A DNA stretch of 20,000 bases from Halocafeteria seosinensis. Taxonomy: Eukaryota. The DNA is taken from positions 59,702-79,701 of the forward strand of contig LVLI01000277.1 in assembly GCA_001687465.1 (NCBI GenBank), given 5' to 3'. This document shows positions 9,815 through 19,524 of this stretch, in pieces. The position numbers were made by a program, and so were the translations under genes. The first letter of the stretch is position 1; each line of letters begins with the position of its first letter. The notes beneath the pieces were generated by a model. It ran no database searches, was not told the origin of the DNA, and saw nothing but the letters and a program-made list of their open reading frames with translations.

Positions 9815-11090
9815 ATGACTTTAGCGGGGCTATATGTTTTATGCTCTCCTTGCTCAGCCGCAGACTTACGTGCTGCTATAATAAGTGGAAATGAATCTTG
9901 CTTTCACTATACTCAGGATATGAAGCGGTTTGAAATGACCTGTAAGGGACTGCTATGGAATGACCACGGTTATACAATAGAAGATTTCCTTTCTCTTGGT
10001 CCGAATGAAGTGTTCGATGGTGGTGGTGCAGCGGGGAACATAATCGACTGAAGTGGAGTCCAAGACTTTGCGGGGTTGATAAGCGTTAAAGACGAAGTTG
10101 ATACACTTTCTGAAGCTCCTTTTATTTGCAACGTCCATGTGAGGAACGGAGCGACGGGACTCCGGGGTGGCTTCGTAGTTCGAAACAGCCAGCGATTCTT
10201 CGTAGTAGATTCATGTAGTTCTTCTGGAAGCATCACCGATACTTTCTCTGCCGGAATTTCTGGATGGCGGAGTGGTTTTGAGGGTGGGCAAATAAAGATA
10301 ACCAATTCATACTCAACGGCACAGGCAGGGGTGAAACTGGAGATGCAACAGGTTCAATGTACATTAGAAATACGTACGCATCTGGAATAGTTTCAGGAAG
10401 TGACGTTGGAGGGATCATAGGGCATATAGGGGCTACTTTAAGTGGGGTCATTGAAGTCAAATACTCCGTATACAACGGCGGCGACACTGGAAGAACTCCA
10501 CTAGTAGGACTGGACGAAGACAACAGGCTTGCAAATACTTCCGGAGGGAATACTGGAGAACTGACTGAGATCCAGGGGACTCTTTATCAGTTTCAGGGAC
10601 GTCAAGTGTGGTTAGATGATGTATGGGCTGTCAAAGAGGACAGTGATGACGATGGAACTGAGTTGCCCATTTTACGTTTCCAGTTGCCGAGCTTCACTGC
10701 TTCACCAACGTCGTCAGCAACACGTTCAGCATCGACCACAGGGACGGCAATCTGCACGAGCAGTCCATCGCCCAGCAGGACACCAACTTTTTCGAAGAGT
10801 CCGACCACGACAACCAGCCCTACATCGACAAGAACTTCTACTACTACATTGACAAGCACTTCTACTACTTACATCGACAAGAACTTCTACTGCTACCTCG
10901 ACAAGGACTCCTACACCCACAGAGTCAAGCACCGGGACCGCAACTTCTACGCCCTTGACGAAGTCTGGATCGCCCTCTCCCACTAGCAGCTCAACATGTA
11001 CGCTCACTCACACAGCGACACCAACGAATACAAAATTACTCTCATTTGTTCTGACACCAACTGCTTCAAGAACGACCACAACTAGCCCAC
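9815..11090 (+). pseudogene. Gly-rich (GLUG-like) repeat protein, array copy 1; pseudogene
   Basis: Homologous to copy 3 (DLRAAI..ESCFHY, EAPFICNVH, GGFVVR, TYASG, W.DDVWAV..ELPILRFQLP, Ser/Thr tail). In-frame TGA at 10049-10051 where the paralogues have Leu. Frameshifts near 10320 and 10870. Confidence 0.82.
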
Positions 11091-11110
11091 AGCCCATGGG
11101 CTGTATTGAC

Positions 11111-11469
11111 CTAACAAGCTCCAATCCCCATGGCTGAATTCTCTGTGAGTTAGCATTGCTCCTAGTATCCTTCTGCTGGGCCGGGAAAGCTCTTCGTCTA
11201 CGTAACTTGCAGAGCACTTTGGCTCGAAGTGCTTCCAGTGTACCAACTTCTTGGGGCGCTTCCTCCCCCTCTTGGATGCGAACCTCTACGGGCACTTCAC
11301 GGTCGTGCACCACCTTGTAGCCTCCACGAAGAATGGGATCCAATTTTCGGATTTGCTCGCTGTTTCCACCCTCGCCAGAATCGCCTTTATTGGCTTCTGA
11401 CGGCATCATCATCATCCCCCGGTCGTGGCCAGAGGCGGCACCGGCTCCGGCAGACATAGTAGAAGACAT
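11111..11469 (-). pseudogene. SAS6L: Truncated SAS6-like (SAS6L) gene fragment: exon 11469-11211, GC-AG intron 11210-11134, 23-nt second exon ending in a stop
   Basis: LDPILRGGYKVVHDREVPVEVRIQEGEEAPQEVGTLEALRAKVL matches the N-terminal part of the SAS6L head domain as I recall it (DP....G..V.YDREVP.E.R.Q....PQEVGTLEAI.VK.L). Donor GCAAGT, branch CTAAC (11153-11149), acceptor TTCAG, 77-nt intron. After splicing it reads SMGIGAC*; the rest of the domain is missing. Confidence 0.72.
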
Positions 11470-11783
11470 TCTATGCCTAGATTCAGGCGCTCCGCCCTGT
11501 GGAGCGTCGAAATAAGCGTTATTGGGCTCTGCCGCCGATTTTTGGTGAAGGGCGGCCGGGGAAAAAGCTGCACTTTTCGACATCACCCACTGCTTTTTCA
11601 CACTCTTTCTTTAGGGATCCCAGTAGACACTTCAATAAACTCTCTATACCATTTGTCAGATCGGCAATACACTCTGAATCAAGTAACGTAGACTAACTTA
11701 AGGTTCATAAGTCATGAGTCCCGTACCAGTATTTCACACAGTGACTCACAAAAGCCGATTATTTTCCTTACCGCGGGGCGGTA

Positions 11784-11806
11784 TGTAGAGAGAAACATGT
11801 TGTTAC
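11784..11806 (+). promoter_or_regulatory. Conserved upstream motif of the GLUG-like genes, TGTAGAGAGAAACATGYTGTTAC (copy 2)
   Basis: A 23-mer identical at 15339-15361 and with one mismatch at 19737-19759, about 160-190 bp before each start codon. A regulatory role is inferred. Confidence 0.5.
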
Positions 11807-11974
11807 GCACAAACATCACTTCCACACACTAACTGTTGCATTTGGATAATTCTTTATTCTTTCTGCAACAACAATTCTTTCTGTGCTAAAGTAACGGCCA
11901 CCGGCAGCCCCGGAGGGCTACAAAGTGTTATGCATACATGTCATACAGTATATGAAATGGGAGAAGCATTTCGT

Positions 11975-13452
11975 ATGACAAGGAGAACGGGATGGAACCA
12001 TTGGCTTGTCCTCGTGGGTCTGATAATAACCACAAACACGTACAACGCGTGTGCCTCGTCGGATGGTGACCTCCGGAAGTCGATCCAAGCCGGAAAGGAA
12101 CCATGTTTCCACTACCAACCCCCCCCCCCCCCTTTTTTTTAGAGGGTGCCACAGGAGGGCGACCGATATTTGCGATGAATTGCTCTCGTATTCATTGGAA
12201 GGATTCTGGATACAATGCGAGCTCGCATATCACCTTGAAAGCCGATGAAGAATTCGACGGGAATGATGGAGAAATTGACTTGTTAGGAATTGAGGGTTTC
12301 CAAGGTCTTATAGGGATTGACAATGACAACGTCACCTTATTCGATGAAGCTCCATTTGTTCATAGATTACATACTCGAGATGGATCTACGAGTGTATCTG
12401 GTGGCTTCATTGTTAGAGAGAAGGCGCAATATGTGAAAATTGGCGGGTGTAGCTCTTCGGGGAGAATTCGAGGGACTGTGCCGCCTTTCCCAGTGACCGG
12501 TGGAGGCGGTGTCTGTGGACGCTTATGTGGATTCAAAGGAGAGGTGTTGATTTCCAATTGCTCGTCGAGCGGAAAACTGCAAGGCTACAATGCAGGCGGA
12601 ATTGCAGGAGACAAGTTGGGACAAAAAGGTGGCGCTACTGTGGTTGATTGCTATTCGACGGGAAACATTGAAGGTACATCTTCAGGTGGCATTTGTGGTC
12701 AAAGCTGTGGTGTAGCAGGGGAAGTGCTCATCTCCCAGTCGTATTCAACCGGTCACATTCGTGGCAGCAGAAGTGGTGGTATTGCTGGCATATTGACTTC
12801 CAATGCCGGTGGGCTACTGAGCGTCACTAGCTGCTTCTCCACAGGGATTATAGAGGGCGAACAAAGCGGAGGCATTGCTGGTGATCACTCAGGAGCAGGA
12901 GGAGGGACACTGCGTATTACGGATAGCTATTCTAGGGGATTAATATACGGCACAAAAGCCGGTGGAATTTGCGGTGATGGAGCTGGTTTTGAAAACGGCG
13001 CTGTCATACTCAATCGTACATACGCATCTGGAGACATTGTCAAAGGCCTTGGAGCAGGTATCATTACTTCCGTTTACGACGGAGGCAAATCAGGGTTCCC
13101 ACACCCAGCCGACCACGTAGTAGTACAATATTCGGTGCACTCGTCTTCAGGTCCTTTAGTGGGCTATGACCTCCAAATTGATGTGGACAGGAAAGGAAAC
13201 TCCAACAATCTAACAGAGATTACGGGACGACTTTATCATGAAGGGGGCATGCAAAGATGGCCAGAAGATGTGTGGGCGGTAACTGGCCCCGACGAACTTC
13301 CAGTATTAAAGTTCCAATTGCCCATTCCCACTACCACTCCATCTGAAACTCCGTCAAGCACGCAGTCGCGTTTAGCCAGTACAGAATCTCTAGAAATCCC
13401 GCAAGTGACTGCGCAGGGTGGCAAACGAAGTGTTGTAAACAAAATGGGGTAG
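11975..13452 (+). CDS. Gly-rich (GLUG-like) repeat protein, array copy 2; reading frame broken only at a C14T8 homopolymer (12119-12140)
   Basis: The leader MTRRTGWNHWLVLVGLIITTNTYNACA-SSDGDLRKSIQAGKEPCFHY stops at TAG 12140-12142. The -1 frame continues uninterrupted (LEGATGGRPIF...GKRSVVNKMG*) and is colinear with copy 3. Confidence 0.8.
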
Positions 13453-14219
13453 GTTCCCCACTATGATGGGACCCTTTCCCAGCCACATCTCTCAAGTTGT
13501 CTCAATTGACTGAGGTGGGATTGGCGCTGCATGCGCGATCATATTGTTCCTACATAGTTTCGGTGCATGCTTGAATCGACACACTAGCATTTACAATGAG
13601 AGGATGAGAATAGTCGGGTATCATTCGGGTACGTCAGTAACTCGCAGGAGCCTGGTCTACTACTCCGATCCAGACGCTGGGCTATCTTATCTTGGACCTT
13701 CCAGCGACGAAACGTAGGCTCTCCCGAGAAATCCGGTTCATTTGCCACAGGAAACAGTTTGTGGCACTGTGCATGCCCTCAATTCATGCTCGACGTGCTT
13801 TTCGGAGAAAGCTGCCTGGGGATTGTGGGCAAAATGAAACACATCATTAAGAATATGAAAATTTTCTGTAAAGAATATTGAAGAATTCCGAAGGTGTAAC
13901 GCCAAACCCAAGATGGATAGCCGGCCTGCTAGTAATATCGAACTCATCAAGCAGATGCAACGGATGTTAAGACATACGGTCCGATTCTGTGCGAAATTAG
14001 TTTGTGACAAAATTGAATCAGGGAGACCCTCAGCGGATCGCAGCACAAGTTCGGAAGTAGCTGTGCTCGCCTGCGCCACTACGTATCAGCAGTATATTCT
14101 CTGGCCCTTGAAAGTTCATCGAAGAGTTGGTGTAGATTACGGGCAATCTCTTATGGGGCAATAACTGTCCGTCGATTCTTCTTGAGGAATTTTATACGGA
14201 GTACAGAAAGTGCTGATGC

Positions 14220-14541
14220 CGCAGAGCAAACGGATGGAGAGGCTCGCGAAGCGCCCTGGAGCCCAGATCGAACTGTCATTCGATAGCATAAGAAAGACAT
14301 TCATCCCTATGCAACTGGCGGAGCGCCTTTGAGCCCAGATCGAATTATTATTCGATAGCATAAAAACGTTCATCCTTATGCAACTGGCGAAGCGCCTTTG
14401 GGTCCAAATTGAATGTGCATGCGAAACCATAAGAACCCTAGGCGCAGAGCAAACGGATGGAGAGGCTCGCGAAGCACTCCGGGGCCCAAATTGGATTTTC
14501 ATTTGATAGCATAAGGAAAACATTCATCCCTATGCAGCTGC
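14220..14541 (+). repeat. Degenerate minisatellite, about four units of 69-82 bp, with a 223-bp higher-order period
   Basis: Unit GCG(A/G)AGCGCC..GCCCAGATCGAA..TTCGATAGCATAA..CATTCATCCCTATGCAACTG recurs. The exact 33-mer CGCAGAGCAAACGGATGGAGAGGCTCGCGAAGC occurs at 14220 and 14443. Confidence 0.85.
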
Positions 14542-14799
14542 AGACTGCAGCTCTGAGCTCGGCTGTACACCTGTCTAAGGGCTGAGTTGGGGACTGTCAA
14601 GGCGTCTGCAACTCTTGCCACACCAGCAACCGCTACCTACATGGACGAAGACAGAAGCCGAGGGACGCTATATCTTCTCTTCGATCTACGCCACCAATGA
14701 AAAAAGTAAACTCAGCGCCAAGCTCGGAACCATTACGGTCGAAAATGGGACTATAGTCCGCGTACGTAAACTCCCGCTTATACTCGTATGAATATTCCT

Positions 14800-14973
14800 G
14801 ATACACTGGTTGGACGACGCCCACTACCCAACTACGGCACCGCCAAATTCGACACTACCTACTTCTCTCTCAGCTATCAGCGTCTCTCACTCCCAACAAG
14901 TTTGGAGTTCATGGAGGTCACGGCCCGATTCGTGGTTCGGAAACTCCGCTTAGTACTTATCGTAGATAGCTAA
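14800..14973 (+). pseudogene. C-terminal remnant of another GLUG-like paralogue
   Basis: AGTTCATGGAGGTCACGGC (14906-14924) matches 18/19 nt of copy 4 at 19469-19487 (SLEFMEVTAR vs KKFMEVTAQ). It is preceded by a Pro/Thr/Ser-coding stretch. Confidence 0.5.
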
Positions 14974-15098
14974 GTTCATTTGTTTCAATGTTAGACAGAA
15001 TCTGATCTCTCTTGCACGTACAAGTGTAAGCCCTCAGAGCTCCAACAAGCAACAAGCGTACGCAATTTGGCTGATCACTCGACTGCAGTTACCTGTCA

Positions 15099-15213
15099 AG
15101 CCCAAAGGCCGTATTTGCCTATCAAGTTCCAATCCCCACGGTTGAATTCTATGTGTATTAGTATTGCTCCTAGCAGCCTTCCGCTGCGCCGGAAAAGTTC
15201 TTACAGTCTACGT
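15099..15213 (+). repeat. Diverged duplicate of 11091-11203 (SAS6L intron and junction segment)
   Basis: agcccaaaggccgtatttgcctatcaagttccaatcccca..gaattct..ttgctcctag..gccggaaaag..gtctacgt aligns with agcccatgggctgtattgacctaacaagctccaatcccca..gaattct..ttgctcctag..gccgggaaag..gtctacgt. Confidence 0.8.
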
Positions 15214-15338
15214 TTGGGTTGAAGCGTCGTGAGTCATCGTGACCCGTGACTGTTTCACACACTTAGTAACTCACAGGCTGAGTCACGGCTAGCTGTCTTC
15301 ATTACCCCAAGGTTTTTCTCGTGGTCCACAAACTACCA

Positions 15339-15361
15339 TGTAGAGAGAAACATGTTGTTAC
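15339..15361 (+). promoter_or_regulatory. Conserved upstream motif (copy 3)
   Basis: Identical to 11784-11806. Confidence 0.5.
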
Positions 15362-15518
15362 GCAGAGACATCACTTCTACACACTAATTGTTTTGGATAA
15401 TTCTTATTCTTGGGCACCCACTGACTCGACGCGCGCGTCAACGTTGTAGTTGTATGGATAAGAGAACCCCACAAAACCGGAGATGCATGCCATAATTGGA
15501 GCAGTATTTCGTAGGACT

Positions 15519-16997
15519 ATGAAAGCAAGGAGGAGCGATGGTCTTGCCCTTCTATGTCTGATACTAACGAGGAGAGCCACAGACACGTACGTGCATGCCA
15601 CCTCGGATGGGGACCTCCGGAAGTCGATCCAAGCTGGAGAGGAGCCATGCTTCCACTACACCCCTCCAGAGAATGCCCCCGAAGGGAGACCGATATTTGA
15701 GATGAATTGCACTCGTATTCATTGGAAAGATTCTGCATACAATGCGAGTTCACATATCACTCTACAAGCCAATGAAGAATTCGATGGGAATGATGGAAAG
15801 GTTGACTTGGAAGGAATTGAGGGTTTCCAAGGTCTTATACGGATTGACAATAACAACGTCACCTTATTCGATGAAGCTCCATTTGTTCATAGAGTACATA
15901 CTCGAGATGGATCTACGAGTGTATCTGGTGGCTTCATTGTTAGGGAGAAGGTACAATATGTGAAAATTGGCGGCTGTAGCTCTTCCGGAACTGTACGAGG
16001 AACGGAGCCTCCAGGCGCCGATGGCGGTGGAGGTATTTGTGGCCGCTCATGTGGATTCATGGGAGAGGTATTGATTTCCAATTGCTCGTCGAGCGGAAAA
16101 CTACAAAACTACAAATCAGGCGGAATTGTAGGAGACAAGTTGGGACAAGGAGGTCGAGCTACTATTGTTGATTGCCATTCGACGGGAAATATTGAAGGGG
16201 TATCTGCAGGTGGTATTTGTAGTCAATATTGTGGTAGACAAGGAGAAGTATTCATTTCCCGGTGCTATTCAACTGGTGGCATTCTTGGAAGCAGGAGTGG
16301 TGGTATTGCTGGCATACTGACTGCGAATTTAGGTGGGCTACTCAACATAACAAGCTGCTTTTCCACGGGAAACATAGAGGGAAAAGGAAGTGGAGGCATC
16401 GTCGGCGATCATTCAGGGTCAAATGGAGGCACACTGCATATTATAGATAGTTATTCTAGAGGGTCAATCAACGGAACCAGAGCCGGCGGGATTACCGGCG
16501 ATGGTGCTGGCTTTAACAATGGAGATGTCATCGTTACTCGTACGTACGCATCTGGGAACATCGTCAACGGTCGTGGAGCAGGAATCGTAGGCCGTGTTTA
16601 CGATGGACACGAACCGAGATTTCCAGACCTACCCAACCATATAGCAGTAAAATTCTCTGTGCACTCTCCTTCAGGGCCTTTAGTGGGACATGACATCCCC
16701 ATAGATGTGGACAGGGAAGGAAACTCTAACAATCTTACAGATATTAGGGGACGACTTTATCATGAAGGGGGCACGCAAAGATGGCCAGAAGATGTGTGGG
16801 CGGTAACTGGTCCCGAAGAACTTCCAGTATTAAGGTTTCGATTGCCCATTCCGTCTACAACTCCTGCTCCAACTACTAGTCCATCTGAGACTCCGTCAAG
16901 CACACAGTCACCTTCAGCAAGTACGGAATATCTAGAAATTATCGCTCAAGAGACTGTACAGGCTGGCAAACGAAGTGTTGTCAATAGAGTGGGATAA
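15519..16997 (+). CDS. Gly-rich (GLUG-like) repeat protein, array copy 3; intact, intronless, probably secreted, ~492 aa
   Basis: Basic then hydrophobic leader MKARRSDGLALLCLILT, seven ~30-aa repeats [CST]-[YFSH]-[SA]-x-G-x-I-x-G-x-x-[AS]-GGI-x-G, the cap WPEDVWAV..PEELPVLRFRLP, a Pro/Ser/Thr stalk and GKRSVV. The ATG at 15519 is preferred to 15483 because the upstream ATG is GTG in copy 5. Confidence 0.88.
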   Translation: MKARRSDGLALLCLILTRRATDTYVHATSDGDLRKSIQAGEEPCFHYTPPENAPEGRPIFEMNCTRIHWKDSAYNASSHITLQANEEFDGNDGKVDLEGIEGFQGLIRIDNNNVTLFDEAPFVHRVHTRDGSTSVSGGFIVREKVQYVKIGGCSSSGTVRGTEPPGADGGGGICGRSCGFMGEVLISNCSSSGKLQNYKSGGIVGDKLGQGGRATIVDCHSTGNIEGVSAGGICSQYCGRQGEVFISRCYSTGGILGSRSGGIAGILTANLGGLLNITSCFSTGNIEGKGSGGIVGDHSGSNGGTLHIIDSYSRGSINGTRAGGITGDGAGFNNGDVIVTRTYASGNIVNGRGAGIVGRVYDGHEPRFPDLPNHIAVKFSVHSPSGPLVGHDIPIDVDREGNSNNLTDIRGRLYHEGGTQRWPEDVWAVTGPEELPVLRFRLPIPSTTPAPTTSPSETPSSTQSPSASTEYLEIIAQETVQAGKRSVVNRVG

Positions 16998-17703
16998 GGC
17001 CCCCACTGTGGCCGTAGCAGGTCTTTGTGGCGCATTCGATGCACTGGGATGTATTTATACTACAAAGTGTATCCACACGAACATCGTCAGTATGTAGGTG
17101 CTTACTTGAACTGACTCATTACTGCGCTAGTTTTCGGAATACTAGTGTGAAGTCGAGTACCGGTATGGTTCCAATGCAACTCGAGCAAGTGGTGGTACGG
17201 GCCGTCTATGGGGGCTTTCTTCGACCTGTTGGCTAATATTCTACAGGATATATCTCTAGGGGAAGAGTAGGCATTACCATAAGGCACTATAGATGGTAAC
17301 GCGCACATGCTTACGAGAACCAGAATAGACGATCCTTAGATGTAACGATTACGAATCCATCAAGCGCTAGTCCACCGGTACAACGATGGGAGAAGCTCCG
17401 CCGCCCTAACCACTGCCCGTGCGATCACATACGAAGACTTTATCACCACGCTAAATCACGGCTCTGTTCTACCGTGATTGGGTACGTTGATCGCAGAATC
17501 TGATGGCTCATGAACTTCCCACTGCAAAGCGAAATGCACGAGAAAATGTTACCGTTACGAGGCAATATAGTGTTTCTCCCGTAAACCATACCATCCACTG
17601 TGGTACTCACAGTGTCTTGGTTGTAACATAACGTAGACTTTGCATTGCATCTCTCAGAGAACGTCAGAAGCAGCGGGGAAAGCTCGAAGGAGGCGAGATC
17701 ACT

Positions 17704-17855
17704 CACCAGAGTGACCGCTAAGGATTCCGGATCTACCACCTGCTCTTGGACCGAGAATGTTACCCGAAGAATAGCACTGAAATATATCAACTGCACCGTG
17801 ACGACTACAATACTGACCACAAATGCCCCCAGCCGCTGTACCTACGATGGCGCCC
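17704..17855 (-). repeat. 152-bp inverted duplicate of 18685-18836 (copy 4 repeat region)
   Basis: The reverse complement matches 18685-18836 with 4 mismatches and no indels by manual alignment. Confidence 0.95.
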
Positions 17856-18193
17856 TCTGATGGACGTCCTGCTCGCCAAGAAACCGTCCGCAGCTTGTAC
17901 AAGACAACAGCATCGCTGATCCGTATCAAAGAAGTTAAGGGAATGAAATAACTTCTGACAACCTCCGTCATAACTTGGCAAATATCCGTATTGAGTGAGT
18001 CTCCTGATTCTTCAATTTCGTTTTTGATGCTCTCTATTCGTATATTATGCTCTAGTATCCCCAGCTGCACGAGCATTGCTCCTAAAATTTCCGTGAACAT
18101 TGAAGGCTTTCGAACGCCGAGCTTCCTCACACTGTAAAACCACGAACCAACTATCTGCTCCAGTCCGTTCCGCAGGTCCTGATGGGGCAGAAC

Positions 18194-19524
18194 ATGTATT
18201 TCAATCGTATTCATTGGAAAGATTCTGGATACAATGCGAGCTCGCAAAGCACCTTGCAAGCCGATGAAGAATTCGATGGGAATGATGGAGAAATTGACTT
18301 GGAGGGAATTGAAGGTTTCCAAGGTTATAGAGGTTGACAATGACTATGTTGGCTCATTTGATGAAGCTCCATTTGTTCATAGAGTGCATATTCGAGATGG
18401 ATCTACGAGTTTATCTGGTGGCTTCACTGTCCGCGCAGGGCCTCAGTACGTGATAGTTGATTCTTGCACTTCTTCAGGGATTATCAAAGGGAGACGAGGC
18501 TATCGCAAGTCGACTCTATCCAAGGGCGGAGGCGGAATATGTGGCAAATCATGTGGGTTCAGAGGTAGAGTGTTGATTTCAAACTGCCCATCGACGGTGA
18601 TATCCTTGGCTACAAAGCCGGAGGGATTGCCGCGGAGGATTTAGGTAAGGGCGGCTCTGCCGCTATAGTGAAGTGCTATTCAACGGGCGCCATCGTAGGT
18701 ACAGCGGCTGGGGGCATTTGTGGTCAGTATTGTAGTCGGCACGGCGCAATTGATATATTTCAGTGCTATTCTTCGGGTAACATTCTCGGTCCAAGAGCAG
18801 GTGGTATATCCGGAATCCTTAGCGGTCACTCTGGTGGCCCTCTACGGATCTCCCAGTGTTTCTGTACAGGGGACATCGTTGGTGCTTCAGCTGGCGGATT
18901 AGTAGGTCACAATTCCGGCTCCTGGGGAGGTACTGTAAGTGTCTTGGACAGTTACTCGCAAGGAAAGATCAATGGTGCCAGAGCGGGTGGAATTTGCGGT
19001 CCTGGTGCTGGATATCATGGAGGCTCAGTCTACATTAATCGAACTTATTCATCAGGAAATATACGGAAAGAAGATGCATCTGGAATCGTTGGGGGGATTT
19101 TCAATGGCGAAATAGCCTCTCCTGGGGGCAATACTATGAAAGTGGATCCGAAGAGGTAGTTGTCCAATATTCGGTATCTGCGTCCGAGCCAATTCTACGA
19201 TATAACAGGTCACTAGAATCAAATGTAGTACCCTTGGTCACACAAGGGAACTCTGCCAACATCGCCGAGATACGAGGCCAACTCTTTCACCTAGAAGAGG
19301 TACAAGTATGGTCGGACGATGTATGGGCGATAGTTCATCCCGACGAACTCCCCGTTCTGCAATTTCAGTTGCCGATTCCCTCGATGACGCCCACTGCAAG
19401 CCCTTCTTCCAGTGTCTCTAGCTTTCCAACAGGCACGGTATCTCCCTCTCCAACTCTGGAGCCTAAGAAGTTCATGGAAGTCACGGCACAAAACGGGAAA
19501 CGCAGCGTCACTACAGGATACTAG
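18194..19524 (+). pseudogene. Gly-rich (GLUG-like) repeat protein, array copy 4; 5'-truncated and frameshifted
   Basis: Homology begins at MYFNRIHWKDSGYNAS with no leader. Frameshifts near 18325, 18595 and about 19124-19150 (probably the G5 run). It ends WSDDVWAIV.PDELPVLQFQLP..FMEVTAQNGKRSVTTGY*. Confidence 0.88.

Noticed and set aside
10049..10051. In-frame TGA in copy 1 as recoding (Sec or Trp)
   Set aside because: The paralogues have Leu here, the copy also has frameshifts, and TGA is a normal stop in other genes of this window.
11008..11601. 197-aa ORF as a complete gene
   Set aside because: Homology covers only the middle part. The 3' part reads through an intron and into the antisense of the copy 1 tail.
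14220..14541. CRISPR-like array
   Set aside because: The units are similar along their whole length with no unique spacers, there are no cas genes, and the context is eukaryotic.
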